52,898 nucleotides of DNA from a virus (IMGVR_UViG_3300025030_000139:1-52898); one strand, 5' to 3'. Counted from the first letter of the stretch, positions 28,174 through 38,002 are shown. Notes: generated by a model from the letters alone, not told the origin. Numbers and translations are program-made.

Positions 28174-28463
28174 AGCACCGTTCCCCGTTGTGTCAGCGCC
28201 GGCACATCCGCCAGCTGCTCCCGGATATTCTTCACCTGCACGATGCTCTTCTGCATCGAGAGCATGTCGTGCTCCAATGCCGCCAACCGCTTCCCGCGCA
28301 GCGTCCCCATCGCCGCATCTTCCACGCTGCGCGGCGCCAACCTCCCCCGCTTCACAGCCAGCAGTCGAATAATCACACTCCCTCTCCCTTTGGGAGAGGG
28401 TTGGGGTGAGGTTTTACCCCTTTCGGCCCGCCTTCTTCGTGAACGTGTACGTGACGTCGCCAT
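28170..28463 (-). CDS. Hypothetical coiled-coil protein; start uncertain
   Basis: Fills the operon gap; its stop overlaps the next ATG. Confidence 0.45.
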   Translation of the reverse strand: MATSRTRSRRRRAERGKTSPQPSPKGRGSVIIRLLAVKRGRLAPRSVEDAAMGTLRGKRLAALEHDMLSMQKSIVQVKNIREQLADVPALTQRGTVL

Positions 28464-28596
28464 TCTTCGCTTCCTTCTTATCCACCTGCGGATCCGCCAG
28501 CTCCGGGAAGTGCCGCGCCATCAACTGCTTCGCCTGCTCCAGCGTCAACTCCCCCATGTCCAACTCGCGATCGCCATACTTGATTTTGTTAGCCAT
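28414..28596 (-). CDS. Ubiquitin-like modifier (PRTRC protein C-like), 60 aa
   Basis: LTLEQAKQLMARHFPELAD...YTFTKKAGRKG with a free C-terminal Gly. Confidence 0.85.
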   Translation of the reverse strand: MANKIKYGDRELDMGELTLEQAKQLMARHFPELADPQVDKKEAKNGDVTYTFTKKAGRKG

Positions 28597-29122
28597 CGTC
28601 CACCTCGTCGCCGTCATCATCTCGCTTGTGCGGCAGACTGGCATCCATCTCTCTCGCCGCCTCAAGACTCAGATCGAACGCATCGTCAATCCGTTTATCC
28701 GCTGCCTCGTCCGTTGCCGCAATCTCAGGCAAGCTAATGTCACTTATCTCCGCAGCGACATCGTCCCCCTCGATCGCCGGCAGCTCCTCCCCCTCTCCCT
28801 TAAAGGGTTCATCCTTATCCGGCTCTCGATTACCAGGCTCTTCCTCGTCTGCGTCGGCCGTGATGCTCTTCGAATTGCCGGTCATCATATCTTTCACCGT
28901 CACCACCTGCGGATCGCGCCGGAGCACCGCCGCATACGCCCGATCCATCAGCGCATGCCGATCGGAAAATGCCCCCGTCAGCACCACCGGCATCTCGCCT
29001 TCCGGCGCCGCACTGATCACCAGCCGCCGCACCCCCTTCTTCGGCGGCAGAATCGTCGTGATGATCGTCAGCGCCTTCTCGTCTGGCTTCTGACTGCTGG
29101 CGACTGACTTCTTCTTACTCAT
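28589..29122 (-). CDS. PRTRC protein E-like protein with an acidic tail
   Basis: PVVLTG motif; directly upstream of the Ubl gene. Confidence 0.5.
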   Translation of the reverse strand: MSKKKSVASSQKPDEKALTIITTILPPKKGVRRLVISAAPEGEMPVVLTGAFSDRHALMDRAYAAVLRRDPQVVTVKDMMTGNSKSITADADEEEPGNREPDKDEPFKGEGEELPAIEGDDVAAEISDISLPEIAATDEAADKRIDDAFDLSLEAAREMDASLPHKRDDDGDEVDDG

Positions 29123-29805
29123 TCCGCCACCTCCAGGATGCATCCGCACATCTCGCAGAACTCCGCGTCCGCGCTCAAAATCGCCGCCCCGCACTCCGGG
29201 CACGCCCGCACGTCCACTGCGATCACCCCCACCATCACCAGCGCGTTGCAGTCCTCAGCCCCGCAGTGCCACCCGTCTGGAAGATGCAGATACGTGTCAG
29301 GCGTTCGCTTGCACTTCGGACACATATCACTCAATGTCGGCATCTTCGGCTTCGGCGGCTCTTTCGTCTGCTCAAACATCTGCTTCGTCTGCGGCTTCAC
29401 CTTGTCGACCACTTCCTGAATCTTCTCTGCCGTCGCCGTGGCCACCGACTGTCCGGCCTTCTTCAGACGCTCGTTCACCCGCTCGATCAACTTCGGATCG
29501 TGCGCCACCTCGCGCAGCACCCGCGCCGCCGCCTCGTTCCGCGGCCGCTCGCCGACGGCCTTCTCTACCTTCTTCGCCGTCTCTGCCGCCGCGATCATCC
29601 GGTACCCGTTCCGCTCGCTGAACCCAAACGTCTTCGCGCAATACTCGTCGAACGTCTTGCACTCGCGCAGCCGGAACCCGTTCCGGGCCTTGATCTCCGC
29701 GAGCGCGTTGCCCACCGCGACGAAACTGTCCAGGCCCCGCCGCACCTGGCCTTCCAGTTCCGTCAATCGCTTCTCAGTCATCGTAATCGCCGTTTCATCA
29801 CTCAT
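29119..29805 (-). CDS. DNA-binding protein (DUF3102-like) with a C-terminal double zinc ribbon
   Basis: VGNALAEIK...TFDEYC...FGFSERNGYRMI motif plus CxxC pairs. Confidence 0.65.
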   Translation of the reverse strand: MSDETAITMTEKRLTELEGQVRRGLDSFVAVGNALAEIKARNGFRLRECKTFDEYCAKTFGFSERNGYRMIAAAETAKKVEKAVGERPRNEAAARVLREVAHDPKLIERVNERLKKAGQSVATATAEKIQEVVDKVKPQTKQMFEQTKEPPKPKMPTLSDMCPKCKRTPDTYLHLPDGWHCGAEDCNALVMVGVIAVDVRACPECGAAILSADAEFCEMCGCILEVAE

Positions 29806-29839
29806 CGCAGTTCCCCTTTCCGAGATTTCGTTTGCCAGC

Positions 29840-30064
29840 TCACTTCCCACTTCCCACTTTAGTCACTTCCATATCCTCCATCAACAGCGCCATCTTGAAC
29901 AACAACTCCAGCGCCCCGTTCGTCGAAATCCGCACCGTCGGACACAGCCATTTCAACCCGTTCGCCAGGTGATCCGCCTCTTCGATCAGCATCTTCCGCT
30001 CCTCCGGCGTAAACACCTCCAGAACATCCCCCCACTTCGAATTCACCTCGGATCGAATCGTCAT
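29840..30064 (-). CDS. Hypothetical protein
   Basis: AGGA RBS, ATG at 30064. Confidence 0.5.
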   Translation of the reverse strand: MTIRSEVNSKWGDVLEVFTPEERKMLIEEADHLANGLKWLCPTVRISTNGALELLFKMALLMEDMEVTKVGSGK

Positions 30065-30082
30065 TTGCAAATTCCTGTTATG

Positions 30083-30250
30083 TCGATTACAGAAGTTACA
30101 GAAGTTACAGGTAATATCTAGAGGTCGATCACTTCTGAAATGCAGAAAAACGCATAAGTCAATCAAAACACGTTACAATAAACTCATCGAACTATCTGTA
30201 ACGACCTGTAACGGGTGTAACTTCTGGAACTTCTGTAACTTCTGTAACCG
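30083..30250. repeat. AT-rich iteron-like region, candidate replication origin
   Basis: GAAGTTACA repeats facing inverted TGTAACTTC repeats around an AT-rich core, next to the helicase gene. Confidence 0.6.
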
Positions 30251-30261
30251 ACATAAAAGAA

Positions 30262-31716
30262 TCATTCCATCAGCTCATACCACACATTGCCGCCCTCTCT
30301 TGCCTCTCTCACCAACCCGCTCGCAACCAGATCGCTCAATCTCTCGTGCGTGTGGCTTTTTGGCTGCCGGACGTAGTCCGCGATCGTCTGCAGCATCGCC
30401 CGTTTCAATTTCTCGACAGCCTCGAGCACTTCCTGCCGGCGCTGGGTCATCCGCAGCCCGGCCCCGTCGCCCTCGTAATTCCACAACCCAAATTCCTTAT
30501 CAAAGTTCAGCAGCAGCGTCGCCTCGTCGATGTCGCGCCCGGTGATGTTCAGCGTCGCCCCCATCTTTCCCCTCTCTCGAAACAACCCCCACATCACATC
30601 GGAGACCGCTGCCTTCGCCACCGATCCATATACATCCCCGATCGCGTCGCCGCTCTCCTGGTTTGTCGCCTTGCTCTGGTGATCGATGAACATCACGCAC
30701 GCATTCTGCGTTTGAGCCAGGCTTTGCAGCGCCGCCAGTGCTTTCGTGATCGCCCCGGCGTCATTGCTCTCACTGCTCCGCATGTGCATCCCGATCGCCT
30801 TGCTGAACGTGTCCACCACCACCAGCGCATACCCGTGCGCCTCAATCAGATATGCAATCCGTTCGGCCCCGCCTTCCAGTAGGCTGCCGAACTCCCGTAT
30901 AAACGCCTCGAACAACACAAAATCGATCGGCGTATCATGCGGCCACATCTGCCGATTGGCCCGGCTCTTCAACCGGCGTGGATGATCCTCCAGCGCGAAA
31001 TATAACACCCGTCCCGGATCGATCTTCTTGTCGAACACGCGCCCGCCCGTCGCTTTCGCGCACGCCACCTGCATCATCAGCCAACTCTTGCCGCTCTTCG
31101 GCTTCCCGTGCAGAAACCCCATCCCCGACGGCAGCATCTCCGGCACAATCCACACCGGCTCGGCCCACTCCGTGCGCAGCACGTCCCTGGCCGGCATGAT
31201 GCTCGACTCGCTGCTCAATCGCGCGATCGCCGCGTACCGCAGCGCCGTCAACCGGTTGCTGATCTCGCTCAGGCTCACGATCTCGTCGTCCGCCTCCGCA
31301 TAAGCCAGCTGCGCCGCATCGCTCAGAATCGCCAGCAGCCCCCGCCGCACGCTCAATCGCTTCACGGCCTTGGCGTAGCCATCCGCGTTGATGGCCGTCG
31401 GCGTCGCATTAAGCAAGCCCGAGATGTAGGCCGGGCCGCCCGCCTCGTCAATCTGTCCGCGTGCCGTCAATTCCCGGACCAGCGTCACAAAATCAATCGG
31501 CTCCTGCCGGTCGCGCATTGCCAGGCATGCCTCAAATACCCATCCGTTCTTCTCGATGAAAAAATCCGGTGGCGCGCACACCCGCGCCACCCGCTCCAGC
31601 GCCTCCGGATCGATCAAAATCGATCCCAACACCGCCTCTTCGGCTTCAACCGAATACGGCGGCATCCGCTCCACCACCTGTGTCCCAAATACCTGCTTCA
31701 CCAGGCTATCGCCCAT
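30262..31716 (-). CDS. Replication protein: DnaB N-terminal domain, RecA-type AAA_25 helicase and winged helix
   Basis: PPYSVEAEEAVLGSIL, GKPKSGKS, VLYFALED and VVVDT motifs. Confidence 0.9.
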   Translation of the reverse strand: MGDSLVKQVFGTQVVERMPPYSVEAEEAVLGSILIDPEALERVARVCAPPDFFIEKNGWVFEACLAMRDRQEPIDFVTLVRELTARGQIDEAGGPAYISGLLNATPTAINADGYAKAVKRLSVRRGLLAILSDAAQLAYAEADDEIVSLSEISNRLTALRYAAIARLSSESSIMPARDVLRTEWAEPVWIVPEMLPSGMGFLHGKPKSGKSWLMMQVACAKATGGRVFDKKIDPGRVLYFALEDHPRRLKSRANRQMWPHDTPIDFVLFEAFIREFGSLLEGGAERIAYLIEAHGYALVVVDTFSKAIGMHMRSSESNDAGAITKALAALQSLAQTQNACVMFIDHQSKATNQESGDAIGDVYGSVAKAAVSDVMWGLFRERGKMGATLNITGRDIDEATLLLNFDKEFGLWNYEGDGAGLRMTQRRQEVLEAVEKLKRAMLQTIADYVRQPKSHTHERLSDLVASGLVREAREGGNVWYELME

Positions 31717-31862
31717 CGCTCACGACCTCAAAACAGATTCGCACTTTAGTCACTTCCCACTCCCCACTTCGCACTTTAGTCACTTCGCACTTCCCACTTT
31801 CCATTCCCCACTTCGCACTTGCTCGTGTCCGTCTTTTTTCGACGGCGAGCCGCTTGGCGTAG

Positions 31863-32144
31863 TCACTCCCCACTTCTCAGGTTCACCTTCACGACAAACG
31901 GCTTCAACTCTCGCTCGATCGGCGTCCGGTTCACCGGCGCATACCCGCGCCGCCTCAACTCCGCCATCAACATCACAAACGACCCATCGTTCAGGTCCGT
32001 CGTCACCACCTGCCCGTGCACCACCTGGTCAGCCCACGCCATAATCTGCTCCGGCTTCACGGCCGGCTGTGGACTCAGTTGTGGCGCGGGCGGGTGCGTA
32101 ATTGGTTTCTTCATGCGGACGATTGAGGTTCGCACTTTAGTCAC
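31863..32144 (-). CDS. Hypothetical protein
   Basis: Co-directional ORF between two CACTT arrays. Confidence 0.5.
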   Translation of the reverse strand: MTKVRTSIVRMKKPITHPPAPQLSPQPAVKPEQIMAWADQVVHGQVVTTDLNDGSFVMLMAELRRRGYAPVNRTPIERELKPFVVKVNLRSGE

Positions 32145-32194
32145 TTCACACTTTAGTCACTTCACACTTGCTTCACTAAGGTCTATTAGCTGCG

Positions 32195-32890
32195 CTATGG
32201 CTGATGCCCGAACGGGATCACAATCGCCCCGTTCACGTCGCCGCTAAATGACTGCGTGAATCCTCTCCTCCGCAGCGCAACGGCCACAACGACCGCTATC
32301 AGCGCCAGGAGGAACGCCGCGGCGAAAACCAGGGCGATGGCCTTGAACACTGTTACCTGATCTGATAGATTCGCGTTCGCGCGCTTCATCTGTCCGATCT
32401 GCGCTTGCTGCGTATAGAACTTCACCGCATAATCGTCCGCCGCTTGCGTCGCCTGCTTCGCGCGCTGGGCATTGTCCTGCGCCGTTTGAGAAGCGGCATC
32501 TGCCTGCTGCTGTGCGGCTGTGGCCATCGTCATTGCTTCATTGGCCATGGCGCTCGCCTCGCCGGCCAGCGCGCTCGCCTGTTGGCTTTCCAGCGCTTGC
32601 GCCTTCTGCTGTGCGGCTGCTGCCTGCTGTTGTGCTTCAGCCGCGCGCCGTTGCGCCGCGGCCGCGTTGGCTGCCGCTTGCTGTGCCGCATACGCGGCCG
32701 CGTTGGCATTGGCCTGGGCCTGCTGCGCGCTCGCATTCAAGGCCGCCGCCTGCTGTTGCGCCAGCGTGACCGGATCGATCGTCGGCTGAGGGGGAGGAGG
32801 TGGCGTCACCGGCCCCTGCGCGTGAGCCGGCGAGGCCAGCAGGCAGAACAGGACCAACACCAAAAGGAAAATGAAGAGGTAGCGCGTCAT
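32195..32890 (-). CDS. Exported Ala/Gln-rich coiled-coil protein with a C-terminal TM anchor
   Basis: Signal peptide ending AHA-Q, coiled coil, TM segment followed by RRR. Confidence 0.75.
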   Translation of the reverse strand: MTRYLFIFLLVLVLFCLLASPAHAQGPVTPPPPPQPTIDPVTLAQQQAAALNASAQQAQANANAAAYAAQQAAANAAAAQRRAAEAQQQAAAAQQKAQALESQQASALAGEASAMANEAMTMATAAQQQADAASQTAQDNAQRAKQATQAADDYAVKFYTQQAQIGQMKRANANLSDQVTVFKAIALVFAAAFLLALIAVVVAVALRRRGFTQSFSGDVNGAIVIPFGHQP

Positions 32891-34734
32891 GGAATCAACT
32901 CCTGAATGATCTGGCGGAGCTCGTCCGCCGCATGCTGATAGCCCCGCCCGCCGGTCGCGCCCCACAACTCGTCGATAATCGCGCGCTGGCTCTTCCCCGC
33001 CTTCACCATCTCGCGCACGCGATCGCGCTTTTCCCCCGCTTCCACCCGCTCGGAATCCATGATTTCCGCCGTGTTTTCCGCTTCCCTGGAAACCATAAAG
33101 GGCGAAACGGGAAGCGGCCCGGAAGCGGCCCCGGAAGTGGCTATGGAAGCGGCGCCGGAAGTGGGCAATAACATCTCCAAATCGCGCTGCGTCACATTCG
33201 GGAACGTCACGATCTGCGCCGGCGTCGGGCCTTCCATCAGCGCATGTCCAACGGTCAGGTTGTAGACCTTGCGCGCCTCTTCCGGCTCGAACCCGATCAT
33301 GCGCGCCTGCCGATCGGACGTCTGGAATGCAAACCGCGCGCTGAACGAATCGCGCGCCCAACTGCCCTTGAACATCGTCGCCGGCGCGCCCTTCGCCGTC
33401 GCAAACTCAAACATGCGATATTTCCGGCCCTCGGCCACGATCCGCCGGATCGGCTCGATCACCTCGGGCACCGCGTCGGCCAGTGCGTTTAATTCGTCGA
33501 TGAGCACCATCACGGGACGCGCCTTATCGTGTTTCAGCCCGATCCGCTGCCGGTAATTCATCATCTCGATCACGCCCGTAGCCGATCCCTGGATTTCATC
33601 GCGCGTCGTCATCGTCCGCACGCCGGGCAGGTCGTCGGAAATATCGCCGTGCAGATCCCAGGCAATCACCTGCACACCCGTCATCACGCACTGGGCATAG
33701 ATGAGCCGGAGCAGCGTCGTCTTGCCCTGCCCCTGCCGGCCGATTACCAGGGCGCTCAACAGCCGATCGAGGCTCCCATAGATCGGCCGGCCCATCTCAT
33801 CAAATCCAAAGAGCATCTCGTTCAGGCTGGGCCGCCATGATCGCATGATCTCGGAGAAGGACGGCAGCCGCACCCGATCGGCAATGGCCGCCTGTTCGAC
33901 TGCCTGTCGATCACTCAACGGCAGCGTCTGCACGGCGCTTGACAGCAGCGCCGGCGCGCCGACGTTCTGCTGCACCACCGCGCTCGCCGCCTGGCTGGCC
34001 AATCGCGCCAGTTCGGGATGATCTGATCTCATCGCGCCGTTGATCAGCGCAAACGCCTGTTGCCGCGCCGTCACGGCCGCCTGCCCGTCACCCATCGGCA
34101 GAATCACCTGCCCATCGTTTCGGATGAATATCGCCGGCCCGGCCACGCGCCCCAACAGCATTGCTCCATTCCGGGTAATCAGGATCGGACCGGTATCGGG
34201 ATGAACGATCAACTTCGCCCGCGTACTGATAAACGCCACTGCCCCCAGCGCCGCGCCCGTCAACAGGATCAACGCCCCCAGCGCGATCGCCACATACACG
34301 CCCGTATCGCGCCAGGCGCCCGCCACGCTGCGCTGCGCCTCGGCCGCCATCTGTGCCACATTCATTTCACTGCTCGCCTGAATGTTGGAAACCGCCGCGA
34401 TGTGCTTCTCGTCCATCTCGTTCAGCCGCAGCGTATTGCTGATCGTCATCGCCGCCATCTCGCCCTGGTGGCGCAGCGCCTGCGCGTGCGCCTCTTCGTC
34501 GATCTGCTGCTGGGTCCGGGCCGTGATGCTCGCGGCGTCTGCCGCCGCCTTGGCCGGCGCGACCGTCGCCACGTAGATCGCGCGTTCCTGGTTAGCCAGC
34601 GCCGCCGCCGTCGCCGTCGGCTCGGCCAGCATCACGTCGATGCGCGCCGCGGCTTCCTCCCGCGCGCAGGAAGTAAGCAGCAGTAGGATCATCGGCAGCA
34701 GCAGCCAGGCGATACGAAAGCGTAGGATATTCAT
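32887..34734 (-). CDS. Membrane-anchored FtsK/SpoIIIE-like ATPase with a lipoprotein signal
   Basis: LLLTSC lipobox, TM helix, GRQGQGKT, VLIDE and EGRKY motifs. Confidence 0.8.
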   Translation of the reverse strand: MNILRFRIAWLLLPMILLLLTSCAREEAAARIDVMLAEPTATAAALANQERAIYVATVAPAKAAADAASITARTQQQIDEEAHAQALRHQGEMAAMTISNTLRLNEMDEKHIAAVSNIQASSEMNVAQMAAEAQRSVAGAWRDTGVYVAIALGALILLTGAALGAVAFISTRAKLIVHPDTGPILITRNGAMLLGRVAGPAIFIRNDGQVILPMGDGQAAVTARQQAFALINGAMRSDHPELARLASQAASAVVQQNVGAPALLSSAVQTLPLSDRQAVEQAAIADRVRLPSFSEIMRSWRPSLNEMLFGFDEMGRPIYGSLDRLLSALVIGRQGQGKTTLLRLIYAQCVMTGVQVIAWDLHGDISDDLPGVRTMTTRDEIQGSATGVIEMMNYRQRIGLKHDKARPVMVLIDELNALADAVPEVIEPIRRIVAEGRKYRMFEFATAKGAPATMFKGSWARDSFSARFAFQTSDRQARMIGFEPEEARKVYNLTVGHALMEGPTPAQIVTFPNVTQRDLEMLLPTSGAASIATSGAASGPLPVSPFMVSREAENTAEIMDSERVEAGEKRDRVREMVKAGKSQRAIIDELWGATGGRGYQHAADELRQIIQELIP

Positions 34735-34876
34735 ATGCTCTTTTTCATTTTGCACTTTCCACTTCGCACTTCGCACTTTAGTCACTTCACACTTTCCACT
34801 TCGCACTTCGCACTTTAGTCACTTCGCACTTCGCACTTCACACTTCACCATCTTCTGATGGGATAACGGTCATTAG

Positions 34877-35341
34877 CTATCCAGCGATGACCAATTGGTC
34901 AGCCGTCTTCATCGCCTCATCCGGATCGACCTCGAACGCCTTCGTCTCCGCGTTCCACTTCAGCACATTGAACCACCCGTCCAGGAATTGATAGTCATCT
35001 GGCGTCGCGATCACCGCCTCGCGTAGCGTGAACCCCATCACGCCGATCAGCCAATCCCGCACGATGTGCCAGGCTTGATCCTGTCGCTGTAATATCTCTG
35101 ACTTGCGCCCGTCCAGATCGTCGTTGTTGGGAAGTGTCTGCAGTCGCCCGATCGGGATGATGCAGAAATGCACGTCGCCCCAGACATCCGGTTGCGACAC
35201 GACGATCTCGTAGCGATCGACGCGCAGTCCGTACTGGCCCGGCTTGCCGGGCCGCGTGATCGGGCTGGCAAACACCGGCTTCTCCACCAGCATGGCTCTC
35301 GCCAAATCTTCCAGCGCAGCGTATCCGATGAAATTCGCCAT
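34877..35341 (-). CDS. Hypothetical protein
   Basis: GAGGAGG RBS, ATG at 35341. Confidence 0.65.
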   Translation of the reverse strand: MANFIGYAALEDLARAMLVEKPVFASPITRPGKPGQYGLRVDRYEIVVSQPDVWGDVHFCIIPIGRLQTLPNNDDLDGRKSEILQRQDQAWHIVRDWLIGVMGFTLREAVIATPDDYQFLDGWFNVLKWNAETKAFEVDPDEAMKTADQLVIAG

Positions 35342-35342
35342 C

Positions 35343-35873
35343 TCAGCCTCCTCGAATGAACTCTCCGACAAATTGGTCGAACCGCGCCGCATCCCGATAG
35401 TCCAGCACCAGCACCGACCAGCCCAGTCGGTGCAGCCGCGCGACCTTGTCCGCATCGTTCGCCGCCCGCGTGCCGGGCCGCCGCGCGTCGTCGAACATCG
35501 GATCGTAATGCACGGCGCCGTTCACCTCGATCGCCATTTTCAGCAGCGGAATCCCAATGTCGACGCTCAGGAAATCCTCGACTTCAAACTCTCGCTCGTA
35601 ATCCCGCGCCGGCTCAAATCCCAGCGTGCACAGCACATCCATCACCTGCTGCTCGTGGCAGCTCGGATGCGCCAATCGCCAGTCCCGGCAGATCCGGTAG
35701 AGTTTTCCGTAGCCGTATTTGGCGATGAACGCCTGCGCGCCTTTGTGCCCTATCGCTGCCATATCCCCCAGCGCTGCTCGCGCCTGGCCCGCTTTCCGCT
35801 GATGCTCCGCAAAATCCGCCATCTGCGCTCGCTTCAAACCGCCCCTCCGCCGCTGTTCGGTGGTGAGTGCCAT
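35343..35873 (-). CDS. DUF559/Vsr-like endonuclease
   Basis: HEQQV...VDI...AIEVNG..H...D..K...L...GWSVL motif. Confidence 0.75.
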   Translation of the reverse strand: MALTTEQRRRGGLKRAQMADFAEHQRKAGQARAALGDMAAIGHKGAQAFIAKYGYGKLYRICRDWRLAHPSCHEQQVMDVLCTLGFEPARDYEREFEVEDFLSVDIGIPLLKMAIEVNGAVHYDPMFDDARRPGTRAANDADKVARLHRLGWSVLVLDYRDAARFDQFVGEFIRGG

Positions 35874-36715
35874 CACTTCACCTCCCACCCGTTCCCGTTC
35901 TTATGCACGCGCCCGGCCTGCTCCAACTCGCCCAGGTACGTGTACACCGTCGACCGACTCGTCCCTATCGTCCGGCCTAACTCTGTAGGTCCGATGTCCC
36001 CATACTGTCTGAGAGTGTCCACTAATGCCTGTAGTTGGGCGTCGTGCTTCTGTCGTCTACTCATCAGCATCCGTGTCGTCCAACTGTCCAATTTCGAGTC
36101 GCCGGACGGTTCGCCGGACAGTTTCTGTACACTCTGTTGGCGTCTTGATTCGCGCTCTGTGCGCTCCGCTTTACGCTCGGCTTTACGTGCGGCTTCATCG
36201 GCCTGGCGCTCCAGATGCTCGTTGGAAATTCGCGCCAGCCGGTGCTTGTGCTGTGCCCTCAGAGCGATATTCACCGTCCCCACCACCGCCAGGATCGGAA
36301 AGATCGCCGGCGCAATCCTCACCAACTCTGTGTCCATCGCCAGCACCACCGTCAGCCCGATCGTGCTGATCAGATACACCGCCACCAGCAGCCCGGCCAG
36401 CCAGAACGGCGCCGCCGGCTCACCCTCCGGCTTCCGCTGATTCCACTCCCACAGCGTCAGCGCCGTGCTCGTCGACGTCAGCCCCAGCCCCTCGATGATC
36501 AATCCGGCGACGATCGCCACCGGCTCGCCCCAGCCCAGATACCGCATCGTCGCGTTGGCCACCAGCACCGCGCTCGGAATCGGCGCGATCCACGGCACCA
36601 GACCCGCGATGAAATCGGTCAGCCGCGCCTCGATCGACCCGCGCCTTTCTGACGACTGTCTACTGCCTGCTTCTGACGACTGTCTACTGTCTACTGCAGA
36701 CTGATTCGTTGACAT
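35873..36715 (-). CDS. Four-TM membrane protein with coiled coil and C-terminal HTH (Spd-like architecture)
   Basis: Four hydrophobic helices and TELGRTIGTSRSTVYTYL. Confidence 0.7.
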   Translation of the reverse strand: MSTNQSAVDSRQSSEAGSRQSSERRGSIEARLTDFIAGLVPWIAPIPSAVLVANATMRYLGWGEPVAIVAGLIIEGLGLTSTSTALTLWEWNQRKPEGEPAAPFWLAGLLVAVYLISTIGLTVVLAMDTELVRIAPAIFPILAVVGTVNIALRAQHKHRLARISNEHLERQADEAARKAERKAERTERESRRQQSVQKLSGEPSGDSKLDSWTTRMLMSRRQKHDAQLQALVDTLRQYGDIGPTELGRTIGTSRSTVYTYLGELEQAGRVHKNGNGWEVK

Positions 36716-36878
36716 ACGGTTCCCCTTCTGCTACACTATAGCTGCGACGCGGTTCCCCAACCTCTCGCACCCGGCGGCCAGGTCATTTGACCTGGCCTCT
36801 CCCGTCTCCCACTTCCCACTTCCCACTTTAGTCACTTCCCACTTCCCACTTCCCACTTTCCACTTCCCACTTTCCACT

Positions 36879-37499
36879 TCACACTTCACACTTCCCACAC
36901 ACGCACACCGGCGCCTCGCCCGCATCGATCGCCGCCAGCACGTCCCGCGCCTTCCTGTCCAGCTTGTCCGCCACCTCCACCACCGGCTTCACCTGCGCCA
37001 CGTACAACTCGTTCGTGTCGCGCGCCACGTACACCACCAGCGCGCGCTCATAATGCCCGTGCCGCAGGTAACACTGCACCTGCTCGAAATTCCTCATCGG
37101 AATGCGCTGCGTCGCCCGGATCGTATCGATCCTCGCCTGCGTCACGCTCTTGATCTCCAGCAGCGACCCGTCCAGCAGTTCCCCATCGATATGGCCGCGG
37201 AAACGCTCGTCGAACTCTGCCACCACCTCACGCTCGCTGAATTCGGCATATAGTCCAATGCCCTTCAGCCGCTCTTTGATGTCGCGCTCAAACAGGTATC
37301 CCAGGTAGCACATCATGTGGTGCGACACATCCCACTCGCGCCGGCCGTTGATGAAATCGGTATAGAGCACGCGCGGGCATTCATGGATCCGGCTCATCCC
37401 CAGATACGACCGATCCTCATACCCTGAGTGCGCGACCGACCAATCCACCAACCCCTGTTTCACCTGGCTCGCACTGAATCGCTTGTCTCTGATCAGCAT
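36879..37499 (-). CDS. Cas4-like PD-(D/E)XK exonuclease
   Basis: CPR, GHIDG, LEIKS, QVQCY and a C-terminal Cys cluster. Confidence 0.85.
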   Translation of the reverse strand: MLIRDKRFSASQVKQGLVDWSVAHSGYEDRSYLGMSRIHECPRVLYTDFINGRREWDVSHHMMCYLGYLFERDIKERLKGIGLYAEFSEREVVAEFDERFRGHIDGELLDGSLLEIKSVTQARIDTIRATQRIPMRNFEQVQCYLRHGHYERALVVYVARDTNELYVAQVKPVVEVADKLDRKARDVLAAIDAGEAPVCVCGKCEV

Positions 37500-37666
37500 G
37501 AAACTCCTCGCACAATACACACATCTCTGGAAACTTCCTCGACCGCCCGATGCCCATCTTCGGCACCGCCTCGAAGATCAACCCGCACAGTGCGCATTTC
37601 CCCTCTCCTTCCCGTGTCCCCGTAGGGGCGGGACGGCTGGCCGCTAGGAGAGGGGCAGGGGTGAGG

Positions 37667-38002
37667 TTAATCCCCGCCGTTCTGAAAAGCGCCGATTTCG
37701 ATCTCCCCGCCTCCATGCGCCTTGGCCTGGTGAGTGTGCAGGCCGTGCTCGTTTTTGAACCCGCGCTTGCATTGCTTGCACAGAAACGTCACACCCGCGG
37801 ACACTGATTTCTTGCCTCGCCTCTTCCCCGTCTTCCGCGTCCCGTTCTTCCGCTCCGCCGCCGGCGTCACAACACCGGCCTGGCTGTTCCCGCTGCGGAT
37901 CAACTCCATCGCCAGCTCGTTCGGATGCGCGATGAAGTGCTCCACCTCGTCGTCCGTCAACCTCAACACCGTCACCTGCTGCGTCACCGTTTGAATGTCC
38001 AT
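37667..38002 (-). CDS. Hypothetical protein with a C2H2-type zinc finger
   Basis: CKQCKRGFKNEHGLHTH; AGGAGG RBS. Confidence 0.7.
   Translation of the reverse strand: MDIQTVTQQVTVLRLTDDEVEHFIAHPNELAMELIRSGNSQAGVVTPAAERKNGTRKTGKRRGKKSVSAGVTFLCKQCKRGFKNEHGLHTHQAKAHGGGEIEIGAFQNGGD

Noticed and set aside
36879-37499. CRISPR-Cas system
   Set aside because: A solo Cas4-like exonuclease is common in phages; no array or other cas genes
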